Assembly: GCA_028282925.1 (NCBI GenBank)
Contig: JANQGV010000091.1
Span: 4,748 to 68,747, forward strand
DNA: 64,000 bases
Source of the DNA: Thermodesulfobacteriota bacterium
Lineage (GTDB): Bacteria > Desulfobacterota > WTBG01 > CAIYCZ01 > CAIRTM01
Direction of reading: 5' to 3'
The number at the start of each line of letters is the position of its first letter. Position 1 is the first letter of the stretch. The translations under genes and the position numbers were made by a program. Below, piece by piece: positions 46,454 through 55,890 of the stretch. The notes beneath the pieces were generated by a model. It made no database searches. It had not been told where the DNA came from and was given only the letters and a program-made list of their open reading frames with translations.

Positions 46454-47263
46454 ATGACAGCACGAAAAGTTCATAGTATCAGTATTGTGTATATAGCGTT
46501 CTGCATGCTCTATGCCTGCGATGCTCCCCGGGGTAGCATCGCGCACTATACCTATACGGTGCGGGCCGTTTACAACCACGACCCGCAAGCATTTACCCAG
46601 GGTCTGCAATACGTCGACGGAACACTCTTTGAAAGCACCGGCCGATACGGACAATCAACTTTGCGGGAGGTAGCACTTGAAAGTGGGGATATTATCCGGA
46701 AAGTCTCTCTGGCGAATTATTTTTTCGGGGAGGGAATGACGGTCATAGATGCAACCATATACCAGCTGACCTGGCAGTCCGGCATATGCCTTGTCTATGA
46801 CCGGGAAACATTTGAAGAGCAAGCCCGATTCATCTATGATACCGTAGGCTGGGGATTGACCGATAACGGAACTCACCTGATCATGAGCGATGGATCAAAC
46901 AGGCTTTATTACCGAGACCCCGGCACCTTTGCAATAACCCGGACCGTTTCAGTAACACTGCGCGGAGCACCGCTGACACAACTGAACGAGCTTGAATACA
47001 TCAACGGCACCATCTTCGCCAACATCTGGCAAACCGACCTCATAGCCCTGATTGATCCCGCCTCCGGAAAAGTTACCGGACTTGCCGACCTTACCGGGCT
47101 CCTGGAATCCTATGCCGCAACACATGGAACCAATGTACTCAACGGCATTGCATATAATTCTGAAACCGGACGCCTCCTTGTCACCGGCAAACTCTGGCCT
47201 AACCTTTTTGAAATCGAGCTGATTGAACAGACGATCAGTTCTGGACAAAATCCACACCTGTGA
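46454..47263 (+). CDS. Glutaminyl-peptide cyclotransferase (bacterial/plant-type glutamine cyclotransferase, beta-propeller), predicted lipoprotein
   Basis: The ORF spans 46418-47263. I place the start at 46454 (MTARKVHSISIVYIAFCMLYAC). Glutamine cyclotransferase (PF05096-like) pattern: YTVRAVYNHDPQAFTQGLQY.DGTLFESTGRYGQS.LREV...GEG.T....IYQLTWQ.G...YD..TF. Confidence 0.8.
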   Translation: MTARKVHSISIVYIAFCMLYACDAPRGSIAHYTYTVRAVYNHDPQAFTQGLQYVDGTLFESTGRYGQSTLREVALESGDIIRKVSLANYFFGEGMTVIDATIYQLTWQSGICLVYDRETFEEQARFIYDTVGWGLTDNGTHLIMSDGSNRLYYRDPGTFAITRTVSVTLRGAPLTQLNELEYINGTIFANIWQTDLIALIDPASGKVTGLADLTGLLESYAATHGTNVLNGIAYNSETGRLLVTGKLWPNLFEIELIEQTISSGQNPHL

Positions 47264-47320
47264 TATACATAAGTACAAATACCTGCAACAGTAATCCCTA
47301 TTCCCTGACAGAGAAATACT

Positions 47321-49651
47321 ATGCGCACCAAAAAAAGCATTTGCGTGTGGATATTCGGCCTCCTTCTCCTTGCGCCCATCCATGGCGATTGTGCGGAGAA
47401 TGAAAAAATCGGGATTCTGTTTATGGGTTCCGGTATGGACGAATCGTACAGGCCGGACTGGTTTATCGGATACCAGGAGCACCTGTACCCGATATTCCCA
47501 CCGGGCTTCATGGCCGGAGGCCCGCTTGAGGGCGACTCCTGTTACAGCCTGATCCATTATGCAAACGAAGCCGAAGCCGCGGTCTGCAGCCAGGCCACCG
47601 GCGAGGCCGTAGATATCGGAACCCCGATTGACATTTTCTGCAATGAATATACAAAGCTCGATGAGTATCCCGTCCATTCAATCTTTGACCACCGCCTGTT
47701 CGGTGAAAATGGATTTCTCAACACCTGCTACCCCGGCATCGTTCCGTACTTTATCGGAGCCGGGCACAGCACCACCGATCCCGTAACGGGGAAAGAAATC
47801 ATAGGGCCCCATGTCGACGACCCCCACGGACCCGGCATCGGCATAGCAGACTTTTCGGAACAGATTGCCTTTGCACATATCGACTACCATTACTATCTGG
47901 TTCCGGATTACCTGAGCCCCTACCGCAAACAATACCTGCGCTGGCTGTACGGCAACAACATCCCCTCTTCATACGGTTATCCGCCCGAAGCCAGTGAAGC
48001 AATAAACATCCTTGATGAACTCTATAAAGCACTCTCAGGTACCGGCACAACCGTAGTCGCACGACACGGCTGGGTTTCATACATGAAAAACCACGACCCC
48101 TATGGCAATGACCTCTTCATTCCCGACAGTCTCCAGACCGCCCTGGAAGAGTTGATCAATGACGAAAAGGTTGATCGTATCATTGTGCAGGGCTCGGGAA
48201 GTCTCTACGCCAACATCACCAACTGGGGCTACTGCTGGAGGAATGCCGACAACACCGGCTTGAGCCGGCTTGACAATGCCACCTACTTCGACTGCATAAC
48301 CAATATTGACGACGGCTACGGACCCGGCACCAGTGAAGAGCTGGGAGCCCTGCTGACGAACAAGCCATGGCACCAGTATGCTTCACCCTACCCCGTTATC
48401 AAGCATATGGCCGAGGCGATCGATCCGGCCGTTACAATGACCTTTGCCCCGGCATACGGCGACTATCCGGAATTTGACGAAGCGGTCCTGGCAATGCTCA
48501 GGTATACGATAGAAAAATATCAGATCAGTTCCGACGCGACTTTAAAAGTCATTACCGGAACCCACGGATACGGCTCGGGCTATATGAACGGCGGAGACTG
48601 CGATGCTTACTTTGTCGTCGATGACCGATTAGATGCACGTGTTACGTCCCGGCTTGATGCGTATCTGGCCACCGCCTGGAACGGAAAATATTCCGTGGCA
48701 GCTGCTGAAAATGAGTTTTCCCAACCCTCCGAAGAGGGCGCGTTTTACGATCCCCCAAGCAGCGACAAGCCCATGGGCGATATCATCAGTACAGGCGAGC
48801 ACATCGATCTGGCAATAAACGGTCGGTATGTTAATGAACTGGGGCAGGTGGTTGACAACGGAAACAACAATTACGATTACGTTATTGCCATTCCCATCAT
48901 CTGGGATGCTGAAAATGTTGATACCATTTCCCACTTTCGGCACGAGACCCTCGGCAACCACGAACTGCAAACCGTTTCCGGCAGCCGGGCATGGATACGC
49001 CAGGGCGTATCGAAAGACGGCGATGAGTATCAGGCCGGTATTGACTATGATGATGAGTACTTTACCGTAGCCGTAATGGATGCAAGCGGATGGGAAAGCA
49101 CGCCCGCTGGTACATGGCTGCTGGACAGACCTGCTCCGGTTAAAAAGGGTAGTTCGGAAAACCCCACCACGGTTATCCTCACCGGCACCATGCTTTCCGC
49201 AGGAAACAGCCGGGTACGCACCAGCCTGACTGCAGCTGCCGTGGCAAGCATCAGGGACGCAATTGATAATCCTTCTGCCGGCGGATATCTTGATGCCACG
49301 TGTGAAGCACAGGCGCTTAATATGGTTGTTGATTTCTCTGCCGAAGCTCACAACGGATCGGTTGTACTTTCCTGGAAAACCCTGAGTGAAGTCGACAGCC
49401 GGGGATTTGCCCTTTACCGCGCCGAATCCTCATTCGGTCCCTACGAAAAAGTAAACAGTTCTCCTGTCAGTCCCACCGGTAATGCAACCTCCGCTTCTTC
49501 GTACACCTATACCGACAACTCGCTTACCAATCTCACCCCGTATTATTATCGCCTTGAGCATTCTTTTTCAGACACGTCTGCCACCTACGGGCCGATAGCG
49601 GCAACCCCCTGTATAATCAAGGGTTTCCCGGCTCAGCAAACCGCCCATTAA
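47321..49651 (+). CDS. Large secreted protein with a duplicated chelatase-like (CbiX/CbiK-like?) N-terminal region and a C-terminal fibronectin-III-like domain; function unknown
   Basis: 776-aa ORF with a signal peptide (MRTKKSICVWIFGLLLLAPIHG). Segments resembling the class II chelatase fold (KIGILFMGSG.., KVITGTHGYGSGY). C-terminal FN3-like pattern (VVLSWKTLSEVDSRGFALYRAE...YYYRLEH). The CbiX-like assignment is tentative. Confidence 0.65.
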   Translation: MRTKKSICVWIFGLLLLAPIHGDCAENEKIGILFMGSGMDESYRPDWFIGYQEHLYPIFPPGFMAGGPLEGDSCYSLIHYANEAEAAVCSQATGEAVDIGTPIDIFCNEYTKLDEYPVHSIFDHRLFGENGFLNTCYPGIVPYFIGAGHSTTDPVTGKEIIGPHVDDPHGPGIGIADFSEQIAFAHIDYHYYLVPDYLSPYRKQYLRWLYGNNIPSSYGYPPEASEAINILDELYKALSGTGTTVVARHGWVSYMKNHDPYGNDLFIPDSLQTALEELINDEKVDRIIVQGSGSLYANITNWGYCWRNADNTGLSRLDNATYFDCITNIDDGYGPGTSEELGALLTNKPWHQYASPYPVIKHMAEAIDPAVTMTFAPAYGDYPEFDEAVLAMLRYTIEKYQISSDATLKVITGTHGYGSGYMNGGDCDAYFVVDDRLDARVTSRLDAYLATAWNGKYSVAAAENEFSQPSEEGAFYDPPSSDKPMGDIISTGEHIDLAINGRYVNELGQVVDNGNNNYDYVIAIPIIWDAENVDTISHFRHETLGNHELQTVSGSRAWIRQGVSKDGDEYQAGIDYDDEYFTVAVMDASGWESTPAGTWLLDRPAPVKKGSSENPTTVILTGTMLSAGNSRVRTSLTAAAVASIRDAIDNPSAGGYLDATCEAQALNMVVDFSAEAHNGSVVLSWKTLSEVDSRGFALYRAESSFGPYEKVNSSPVSPTGNATSASSYTYTDNSLTNLTPYYYRLEHSFSDTSATYGPIAATPCIIKGFPAQQTAH

Positions 49652-49764
49652 AACGCCGCAACAGACCTGAACTGCTGCCCCAAAAAACAGGCTTTTCTTA
49701 TATACTTTGATACGGTATAATGTTTAACTCGCCAACAAGGCTTCAAATAGAAAAAGGAGTAGAC

Positions 49765-50001
49765 ATGGACGAGCAGAAAGACGTGAAATGGTATAACAAC
49801 CGCGCAAAAGTGATCTTTTCCCTGCAGGCGTTTCCGCCCCTGGGCATTTATGCCCTGCTGCGTAGCACGGCGTTTACCCCCAAACAAAAATGGCTGGTTG
49901 TACTGGGTGTCTCGGCCCTCATCGGGGTGTTCATTTATTCCGGAATCGGAGCCAAAATGAACAGTTTTGTTTTTGGACTTTTCACCGGCGAGTCCCTGTG
50001 A
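49765..50001 (+). CDS. Small membrane protein (78 aa), hypothetical
   Basis: GGAG ribosome-binding site (aaaaaggagtagac) directly before the ATG at 49765. One or two predicted TM helices (WLVVLGVSALIGVFIYSGIGA). Confidence 0.4.
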   Translation: MDEQKDVKWYNNRAKVIFSLQAFPPLGIYALLRSTAFTPKQKWLVVLGVSALIGVFIYSGIGAKMNSFVFGLFTGESL

Positions 50002-50254
50002 TTATTTACAAGGCAACACCCGTCGGCCATTCAATGCCGACCACAATTTCAGGAATGCATGTACGCTGTTTCCTTTTTGCAATGCATACTGACAGCGTTC
50101 GATCGGTTTCGTAGCGTACAAACCCGATCAACCGGAACCATTTGAAACAGCTTCATAAAATTTGCAGGAACAACCACCCCAGGATCCTGTTCATCTCAAT
50201 AAGGCCACATTTTCGGTTGACACTCGGCAAATATAATCTATACTTATAATAAAA

Positions 50255-50272
50255 TTCGACCGACTGGTCGGA
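50255..50272. promoter_or_regulatory. Candidate TetR operator, copy 1 (TTCGACCGACTGGTCGGA, inverted repeat CGACC-n4-GGTCG), upstream of the tetR gene
   Basis: An identical 18-mer occurs again at 50933-50950, upstream of the corrinoid-protein gene. It is a palindromic half-site arrangement. Confidence 0.45.
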
Positions 50273-50297
50273 ATAATAACGGGAATCGTTCAGAACC

Positions 50298-50894
50298 ATG
50301 ACAGGCAGAGAACTCAATAAAATCCGTCGCATAGAAGATATATTCGAGGCAGCACTTCAGTGCTTCAATGAAGCAGGTTTTTCCTCCACCACCATGGAAA
50401 GCATTGCGGCCAAAGCCAATATCAGCAAGGGCGGGATGTACCACTATTTCAGCTCAAAAAAAGATCTTTTTCTGAACCTCTTCCGCTACCGGATGAACAA
50501 GTACTTCGATGAGATGAAGTCCTATCTTGATAAAGATGATTCTCCGGAACAGCGAATCCGTACTCTGGTTAAGAAAGCCGGACAGATTCTAAAACAAAAT
50601 GAAGATTTCTACCGGTTTTGCATAATCTTCCTTTCTCAGGGTGTCCGTAATAAAGAAATACGCACCATCATGACCGATTTCTACAAAGATTCAGTGGGCA
50701 CATTTAAAAGCCTTTTGGAAGAAGGCATTGAAAAGGGGCATTTTAAAAAAATCGATACAGAAAAAGCTGCTCGTGCTATTTACTTTCTGGTTATGGGGGT
50801 CTATTTCACCTATTTTTCGGTGGACACGGATTTCGATATCATCGACCAGCATTCTTTTCATATTAATAATATACTTAAATCAATTAAAATTTAA
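50298..50894 (+). CDS. TetR/AcrR family transcriptional regulator
   Basis: 198-aa ORF with an N-terminal TetR helix-turn-helix (FSSTTMESIAAKANISKGGMYHYFSSKKDLF). Confidence 0.85.
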   Translation: MTGRELNKIRRIEDIFEAALQCFNEAGFSSTTMESIAAKANISKGGMYHYFSSKKDLFLNLFRYRMNKYFDEMKSYLDKDDSPEQRIRTLVKKAGQILKQNEDFYRFCIIFLSQGVRNKEIRTIMTDFYKDSVGTFKSLLEEGIEKGHFKKIDTEKAARAIYFLVMGVYFTYFSVDTDFDIIDQHSFHINNILKSIKI

Positions 50895-50932
50895 ATTAAT
50901 TAAAAAGCATATACTGTTTTTTTTAACCTATT

Positions 50933-50950
50933 TTCGACCGACTGGTCGGA
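50933..50950. promoter_or_regulatory. Candidate TetR operator, copy 2, 25 nt upstream of the corrinoid-protein ATG
   Basis: Identical TTCGACCGACTGGTCGGA 18-mer, followed by an AGGGAGG ribosome-binding site and the ATG at 50975. Confidence 0.45.
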
Positions 50951-50974
50951 TTATAAAACAAGGGAGGAAATACC

Positions 50975-51649
50975 ATGCAAACATCAGACTTAATCAACAA
51001 CCTTGAGCATTCAATTATTGAGGGAGATGTGGACAATGCGGAAAAGTGGGCATTACAGGCCCTTGACGAAAAAGCAGACATACCTCAGGCAATAAACAAC
51101 GGACTCATAAAAGGGATCAAGCAGGTCGGCGATGCCTTCGGCAATGGTGAAATTTTCCTGCCGGATCTCATCCTGAGCAGCGAAGCCATGAAAATCGCCT
51201 CTGATATTTTTGAAAACGAACTGCGAAAAACAGGCCAGAACATTCAAACCTCCGGCGGTAAAATTGTTATCGGTACGGTTAAAGGCGATATACACGATAT
51301 CGGCAAAACCCTCGTATCCACCCTCTTTAAAGGAGCCGGTTTCACGGTTATCGACCTGGGCGTTGATGTGCCGACCGACGATTTCATTGCAGCGGTTCGC
51401 CGGCACCAGCCGCACATTCTGGGCCTTTCCTCCCTGCTCACCACCAGTGCCATTGAACAGAAAAACGTCATCGATGCCCTCGATCACGCCGGGCTACGCT
51501 CACAGGTCAAAATAATGGTGGGAGGTGGAGCAATAACCGAACAATGGTCACAGGAAATAGGTGCCGATGCCTACAGCGGCGATGCACGTGAAGCGGTCGA
51601 CTGCGGCTGCAGACTGCTTGACTCTTTACAGGGAGAATATCATGCATAA
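50975..51649 (+). CDS. Corrinoid (cobalamin)-binding methyltransferase partner protein (MtbC/MttC/MtgC-like)
   Basis: 224-aa ORF with an N-terminal B12-binding_2 cap and a Rossmann B12-binding domain carrying the DxHxxG motif (VKGDIHDIGKTLV). Confidence 0.85.
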   Translation: MQTSDLINNLEHSIIEGDVDNAEKWALQALDEKADIPQAINNGLIKGIKQVGDAFGNGEIFLPDLILSSEAMKIASDIFENELRKTGQNIQTSGGKIVIGTVKGDIHDIGKTLVSTLFKGAGFTVIDLGVDVPTDDFIAAVRRHQPHILGLSSLLTTSAIEQKNVIDALDHAGLRSQVKIMVGGGAITEQWSQEIGADAYSGDAREAVDCGCRLLDSLQGEYHA

Positions 51650-53099
51650 TAAAGTACGATTTCCATTACAGGTGTTGTCGGATGACGACATTAAAAGCAT
51701 TTATGTAGCCGCCCTTGAAATCCTTGTCGATGTCGGGATTCAATTTGAAGATGAAAGGGTGTTGCACATCCTCGAAGAGCGGGGCTGCACCGTCGATTAC
51801 CCGCGTATGCGGGTAAAATTCATTCCGTCTGTGATTGAACAAGCCCTGCGGTCATGTCCATCGGAATTCACGGTGAAAGCCCGCAACCCGGAATACAGCC
51901 TCCTCTTTGACGGTTCCCATGTCTATTTTGCCGCCCATTCGGCACCCACCGTCTGCGATCCAAAGACCGGTCTTTCGCACAAACCCTCGTCCAGAGATGT
52001 GCAGGACCGGCTTATTCTCATCGATGCCCTCGAACATATTAATGCCACCCTGACTTTGACCGGTGAAGTCAGCGACAAACCGCCCGAAGTGGGCGTTGAA
52101 TGGGTTAAAGCAGAAACATTCCGGAGAACTGCAAAAGTCACCACGGCCCCGGCATTCAGAAACAGCCCGAAATGGATCATCGAGATGGCCGCAGTTGTGG
52201 GCTCCCAGGTCATCGGATGCTGCGGCTGTTCGCCTCCCCTCTTCTATGCCAAACAGGACACCGATGCCATGCTGCAATACGCCGCAGCCGGACACCCGGT
52301 TACGGCGGGCTCCGGCATCGCCCTTGGCGGAACCGGACCGGTAACCCTGGCCGGCAGTCTGGCCCAACAAACGGCTGAAACCCTGGCCGGCGTTGCCCTG
52401 GTGCAGTCATGCCATCCAGGAACCGGCATGCTGTGGTTGACGGAAACCGCTCCCATGGACATGCGCATAGGCGACCTTGCCTGGGGCAGCATCGAAGTCG
52501 GCATGCTGCACGCTGCCCAGGGGCAAATGTCGCGCTTTCTGGGTCTGCAAAATTTTTCACTTTTCCCCATGAGCAGTTCCCATATCAGCGACCAGCAGCT
52601 CGGTTTTGAAAAAGGCATGCAGGCAATTATAATGGCCCTGTCGGGCATTCAGTTCATGGCCGGCGGAGGCGGTGTATATAATGAGTCGTCCATCTGCCTG
52701 GAGCAGCTTATCATCGACAATGATATATACGGCATGGCGGCCCGCTTTCTGGAAGGGTTCGAAGTAAATGCCGACACCCTGGCCCTGGATATAATCCGCG
52801 AAATCGGATTGCAGCGTAACAGCTATTTGAGCCACAAGCATACCCGCCGCATGTTTAAACAGGAGCATTTTTTTCCCGGAGTATCCAACAGGCTTGCATT
52901 TGAAACATGGGAAAAATCAGGGTCCAAAGATATCGTAGCCAGGGCGCAGGAGCGGATACCACACATTATACAGAAGCATGAATCGGCGCCCCTGTCACCT
53001 GAAGCAGAGCGGGAATTGGATACCATTTTGAGGGCGGTTGAAAAAGAACGCCTGTCGGGCACTCAAACCGAGCACCTGACGGAACAAAGCACGGCCTGA
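51642..53099 (+). CDS. MttB-superfamily (trimethylamine methyltransferase family) substrate:corrinoid methyltransferase, non-pyrrolysine type; likely a quaternary-amine (glycine-betaine-like) methyltransferase
   Basis: The ORF spans 51561-53099. I place the start at the ATG at 51642 (MHNKVRF), preceded by GGGAGAA and overlapping the corrinoid-gene stop by 8 nt. Full-length TIM-barrel MttB-like sequence with no in-frame amber codon. Confidence 0.85.
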   Translation: MHNKVRFPLQVLSDDDIKSIYVAALEILVDVGIQFEDERVLHILEERGCTVDYPRMRVKFIPSVIEQALRSCPSEFTVKARNPEYSLLFDGSHVYFAAHSAPTVCDPKTGLSHKPSSRDVQDRLILIDALEHINATLTLTGEVSDKPPEVGVEWVKAETFRRTAKVTTAPAFRNSPKWIIEMAAVVGSQVIGCCGCSPPLFYAKQDTDAMLQYAAAGHPVTAGSGIALGGTGPVTLAGSLAQQTAETLAGVALVQSCHPGTGMLWLTETAPMDMRIGDLAWGSIEVGMLHAAQGQMSRFLGLQNFSLFPMSSSHISDQQLGFEKGMQAIIMALSGIQFMAGGGGVYNESSICLEQLIIDNDIYGMAARFLEGFEVNADTLALDIIREIGLQRNSYLSHKHTRRMFKQEHFFPGVSNRLAFETWEKSGSKDIVARAQERIPHIIQKHESAPLSPEAERELDTILRAVEKERLSGTQTEHLTEQSTA

Positions 53100-53157
53100 C
53101 AAACATCATCACAATAGCGCATTATTTGATATAACCATCGTTTCAGGAGAACAGCAT

Positions 53158-54060
53158 ATGCCCGTTTTTGAACGCGAACAAAAAACATATACCATCGGCA
53201 CTGTCGACATCGGCGGCCAGCCGGGGCAGCATCCAACCGTACTCATCGGCAGCATTTTCTTCGGCAAGCATAAAATCGTTTCCGACCCGATCAGGGGAAT
53301 TTTCAACAAAGATAAAGCGCGGGCACAACTTGCGCAGGAGGCGGCTCTCTCTGCTGCAACCGGCAATCCCCGCTTCATAGACCCCATCGGAGAGACAGCC
53401 GAAGCCATTATCAGATATGTTGAGTTTGTGGCGGAGCAGACCGATGCTCCGATCCTGATCGACTCACCGTATCAGGCAGCCAGGCTTGATGCCCTGCGAC
53501 ACTTTGCGGGCAAACCGATCATGTCCCGTATTATATACAACTCAATTGCGGAAGATTATACCGAAGAAGAAATCTCCTGCCTTAAAGAGTGCGGGGTAAA
53601 AAACGCCATCGTGCTTGCTTTCAGCACCGGCGCCCTCAGGCCCAAAGACCGTATCAGGCTGATGAAAGACATGCTGTTGCCGGTTGCCGAGCGAGCCGGC
53701 ATTGAAAATATCATGGTTGATACCGGCGTTCTCGACCTGCCCAGTGTCAGCTGGGCTGCCACAGCCATCCATGAAGTAAAAAAAGAGTTCGGCTTTCCGG
53801 CCGGCTGTGCCCCGGCCAACGCCCTGTTTGTATGGGACAAAAAGCGCAGGCAGGACCCGGCAACGTTCCAGGCGGCTGCCTCAGCCGTTCTGGGCATGAC
53901 CCAGCACTATGGCGCCGACTTCATCCTGTACGGCCCAATGCGTTTTGCTCCGTGGGTGTATCCGGCCTGTTCCGCCATCGATGCCATGACCGCCTACGGA
54001 GGGCGATTCAGCGGTGTGCGCCCGGCCACCAAGGGGCATCCTTTATACAACATCTTTTAG
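53158..54060 (+). CDS. MtrH-like methylcorrinoid:tetrahydrofolate (pterin) methyltransferase (MtgA-like)
   Basis: 300-aa ORF resembling tetrahydromethanopterin S-methyltransferase subunit H / pterin-binding proteins (TIGTVDIGGQPGQHPTVLIGSIFF). It sits inside the corrinoid methyltransferase operon. Confidence 0.75.
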   Translation: MPVFEREQKTYTIGTVDIGGQPGQHPTVLIGSIFFGKHKIVSDPIRGIFNKDKARAQLAQEAALSAATGNPRFIDPIGETAEAIIRYVEFVAEQTDAPILIDSPYQAARLDALRHFAGKPIMSRIIYNSIAEDYTEEEISCLKECGVKNAIVLAFSTGALRPKDRIRLMKDMLLPVAERAGIENIMVDTGVLDLPSVSWAATAIHEVKKEFGFPAGCAPANALFVWDKKRRQDPATFQAAASAVLGMTQHYGADFILYGPMRFAPWVYPACSAIDAMTAYGGRFSGVRPATKGHPLYNIF

Positions 54061-54072
54061 GCGCAGCAGGCT

Positions 54073-55629
54073 ATGGCATACCGCACAAAACACACCCGGG
54101 GGTATCTTCAGGTCGTCTGCAGCCCCGATGCTGCGTTGCATACCTTCGCCCGGCGGGCAGGAGCCGAACTGCGCACCGAATGCGGCGGAAGAGGAACCTG
54201 CGGCAAATGCAAAGTGCATATCCTGAGAGGACTTGTCACACCCCCTACGCCCCGGGAGCGCAAACTGCTCAGTGAAGAAGAGATTGACCGGGGGGTTCGA
54301 CTTGCATGTCAGACAAAAGCACTCGGCAAACATACAATTATTCTATCGGCTCCCGAACACACCACATCCGGGTCTTTGCCCGGCGACACGTTCACCAAAA
54401 AGGCTGTACGTTCGGGCCCGATGGGGCTGGTCATCGATTTTGGCACTACCACTATTACCGCACAAATCATTTCATTGCCGTCCGGCACTGTTGTGGATAC
54501 TGCAGACATAGAGAATCCTCAAAAAAAATTTGGTGCCGACGTAATGAGCCGCTTGCATCATGCTCGTAACGAAGCCGGCAAATCAGAGCTTCGCCTGACG
54601 GCGCTGGCTGCGCTCAATAATCTTCTTGAACGGTGGCATGCGCTGTGCGCATCCATTACTGCCGTAACGATAACCGGAAACACTGTTATGCAGCACCTCC
54701 TTCTCGGGCTGCCCGTTCAACAACTCGGCACCTATCCCTATACTCCCGCAGTAAAAAGCGCCCACACTCTTTCGGCACATAGACTCGGCCTGAACTGTGC
54801 ACCTGATGTTCCGGTTCATTTTCTTCCCAACATAAGCGGATGTATCGGTTCCGATCATGTTGCCATGATCTTGGCAACCGGTATTCACGTGGCCGAAAAA
54901 ACCGTACTGGGTATCGACATCGGCACAAACACGGAAATCACCCTCGCCCACGGCGGCAGTCTCACCAGCACATCATGTGCCTCAGGCCCCGCGCTTGAAG
55001 GGGCCCATATCAGCTGCGGCGTTCCCGCCGGCAATGGGGCGATATACAGGGTGCGCATACCTGCAGACACGGTTGAGTTTGAGACGATCGGCAATGCGCC
55101 GCCGTCCGGGCTCTGCGGCTCGGGCGCAGTTGATGGGGTTGCAGAACTCTATCGAAGGGGTAGTATCAATGCAAAAGGACACTTTCGTAAAGGCTCCGGC
55201 AAGGGCAATGATGCAGCATACATTCTGGTTCCGGCGAACCGGAGTGCCTCCGGGTATGACATAGCCCTGACCCAAAAGGACATACAGGAAATCCTGCTGG
55301 CAAAAGCCGCTATAAGGGCTGGAATTGAAATGCTGCTTTCGAAGCTATCACTTGCGTGGCATAATGTCGACGAACTGGTGATTGCCGGCAACTTCGGCAC
55401 ACATCTCTCTGTTGATAGTGCCGAAGCAATAGGCATGTTTCCGGCAATAGAAAAGGATACGACCTGCCGAATTGCAGGAAATGCTTCCGTCAATGGCGCC
55501 CGGACATATTTGGCATCACCAGACCGACGCCGCGCTACAGAAAGCATAGCAAGTCGTATAAAAAACTATAATTTGGCTGAATATGCCGGTTTCAGTCGTA
55601 TTTTTGCCCGTCACATAGTCTTGCCATAA
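54073..55629 (+). CDS. Reductive activator of corrinoid enzymes (RACo/RamA-like): N-terminal plant-type [2Fe-2S] ferredoxin domain fused to an ASKHA ATPase domain
   Basis: 518-aa ORF with a Cys motif CGGRGTCGKCKV...C (2Fe-2S) followed by a DUF4445/ASKHA-like domain. Confidence 0.8.
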   Translation: MAYRTKHTRGYLQVVCSPDAALHTFARRAGAELRTECGGRGTCGKCKVHILRGLVTPPTPRERKLLSEEEIDRGVRLACQTKALGKHTIILSAPEHTTSGSLPGDTFTKKAVRSGPMGLVIDFGTTTITAQIISLPSGTVVDTADIENPQKKFGADVMSRLHHARNEAGKSELRLTALAALNNLLERWHALCASITAVTITGNTVMQHLLLGLPVQQLGTYPYTPAVKSAHTLSAHRLGLNCAPDVPVHFLPNISGCIGSDHVAMILATGIHVAEKTVLGIDIGTNTEITLAHGGSLTSTSCASGPALEGAHISCGVPAGNGAIYRVRIPADTVEFETIGNAPPSGLCGSGAVDGVAELYRRGSINAKGHFRKGSGKGNDAAYILVPANRSASGYDIALTQKDIQEILLAKAAIRAGIEMLLSKLSLAWHNVDELVIAGNFGTHLSVDSAEAIGMFPAIEKDTTCRIAGNASVNGARTYLASPDRRRATESIASRIKNYNLAEYAGFSRIFARHIVLP

Positions 55630-55857
55630 TCCCTTACAAACAGGTAACCACCAAACTCCCCGGGAAATTCTGTGCAGCCTTACGTACACCTTCTGGCAGA
55701 TTTACGAAGGAGACATTAGAAACCCCACCTGCCGGGACGAGCTTGAAGAACTGGACGGACTCGACCAGCCCCTTTCCGAAGTGCTGGAACAGCTGCGGGA
55801 TGAAGTTGCCCCTGATGACCATGACGAAGGTCACTGAGCACTAAGCACACAACTCAA

Positions 55858-55885
55858 GGCCGGCTGCAGGCAGCCGGCCTTTTTT
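55858..55885 (+). terminator. Rho-independent terminator of the corrinoid methyltransferase operon
   Basis: GGCCGGCTGC-agg-CAGCCGGCC perfect stem followed by TTTTTT. Confidence 0.65.
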
Positions 55886-55890
55886 GGGTC

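Noticed and set aside
51642-53099. Pyrrolysine-dependent trimethylamine methyltransferase
   Set aside because: The reading frame is continuous with no internal amber codon, so it is a non-Pyl MttB-superfamily member.
55634-55834. Small ORFs between the RACo gene and the MFS gene
   Set aside because: No credible start codon or ribosome-binding site. The region contains the operon terminator hairpin instead.
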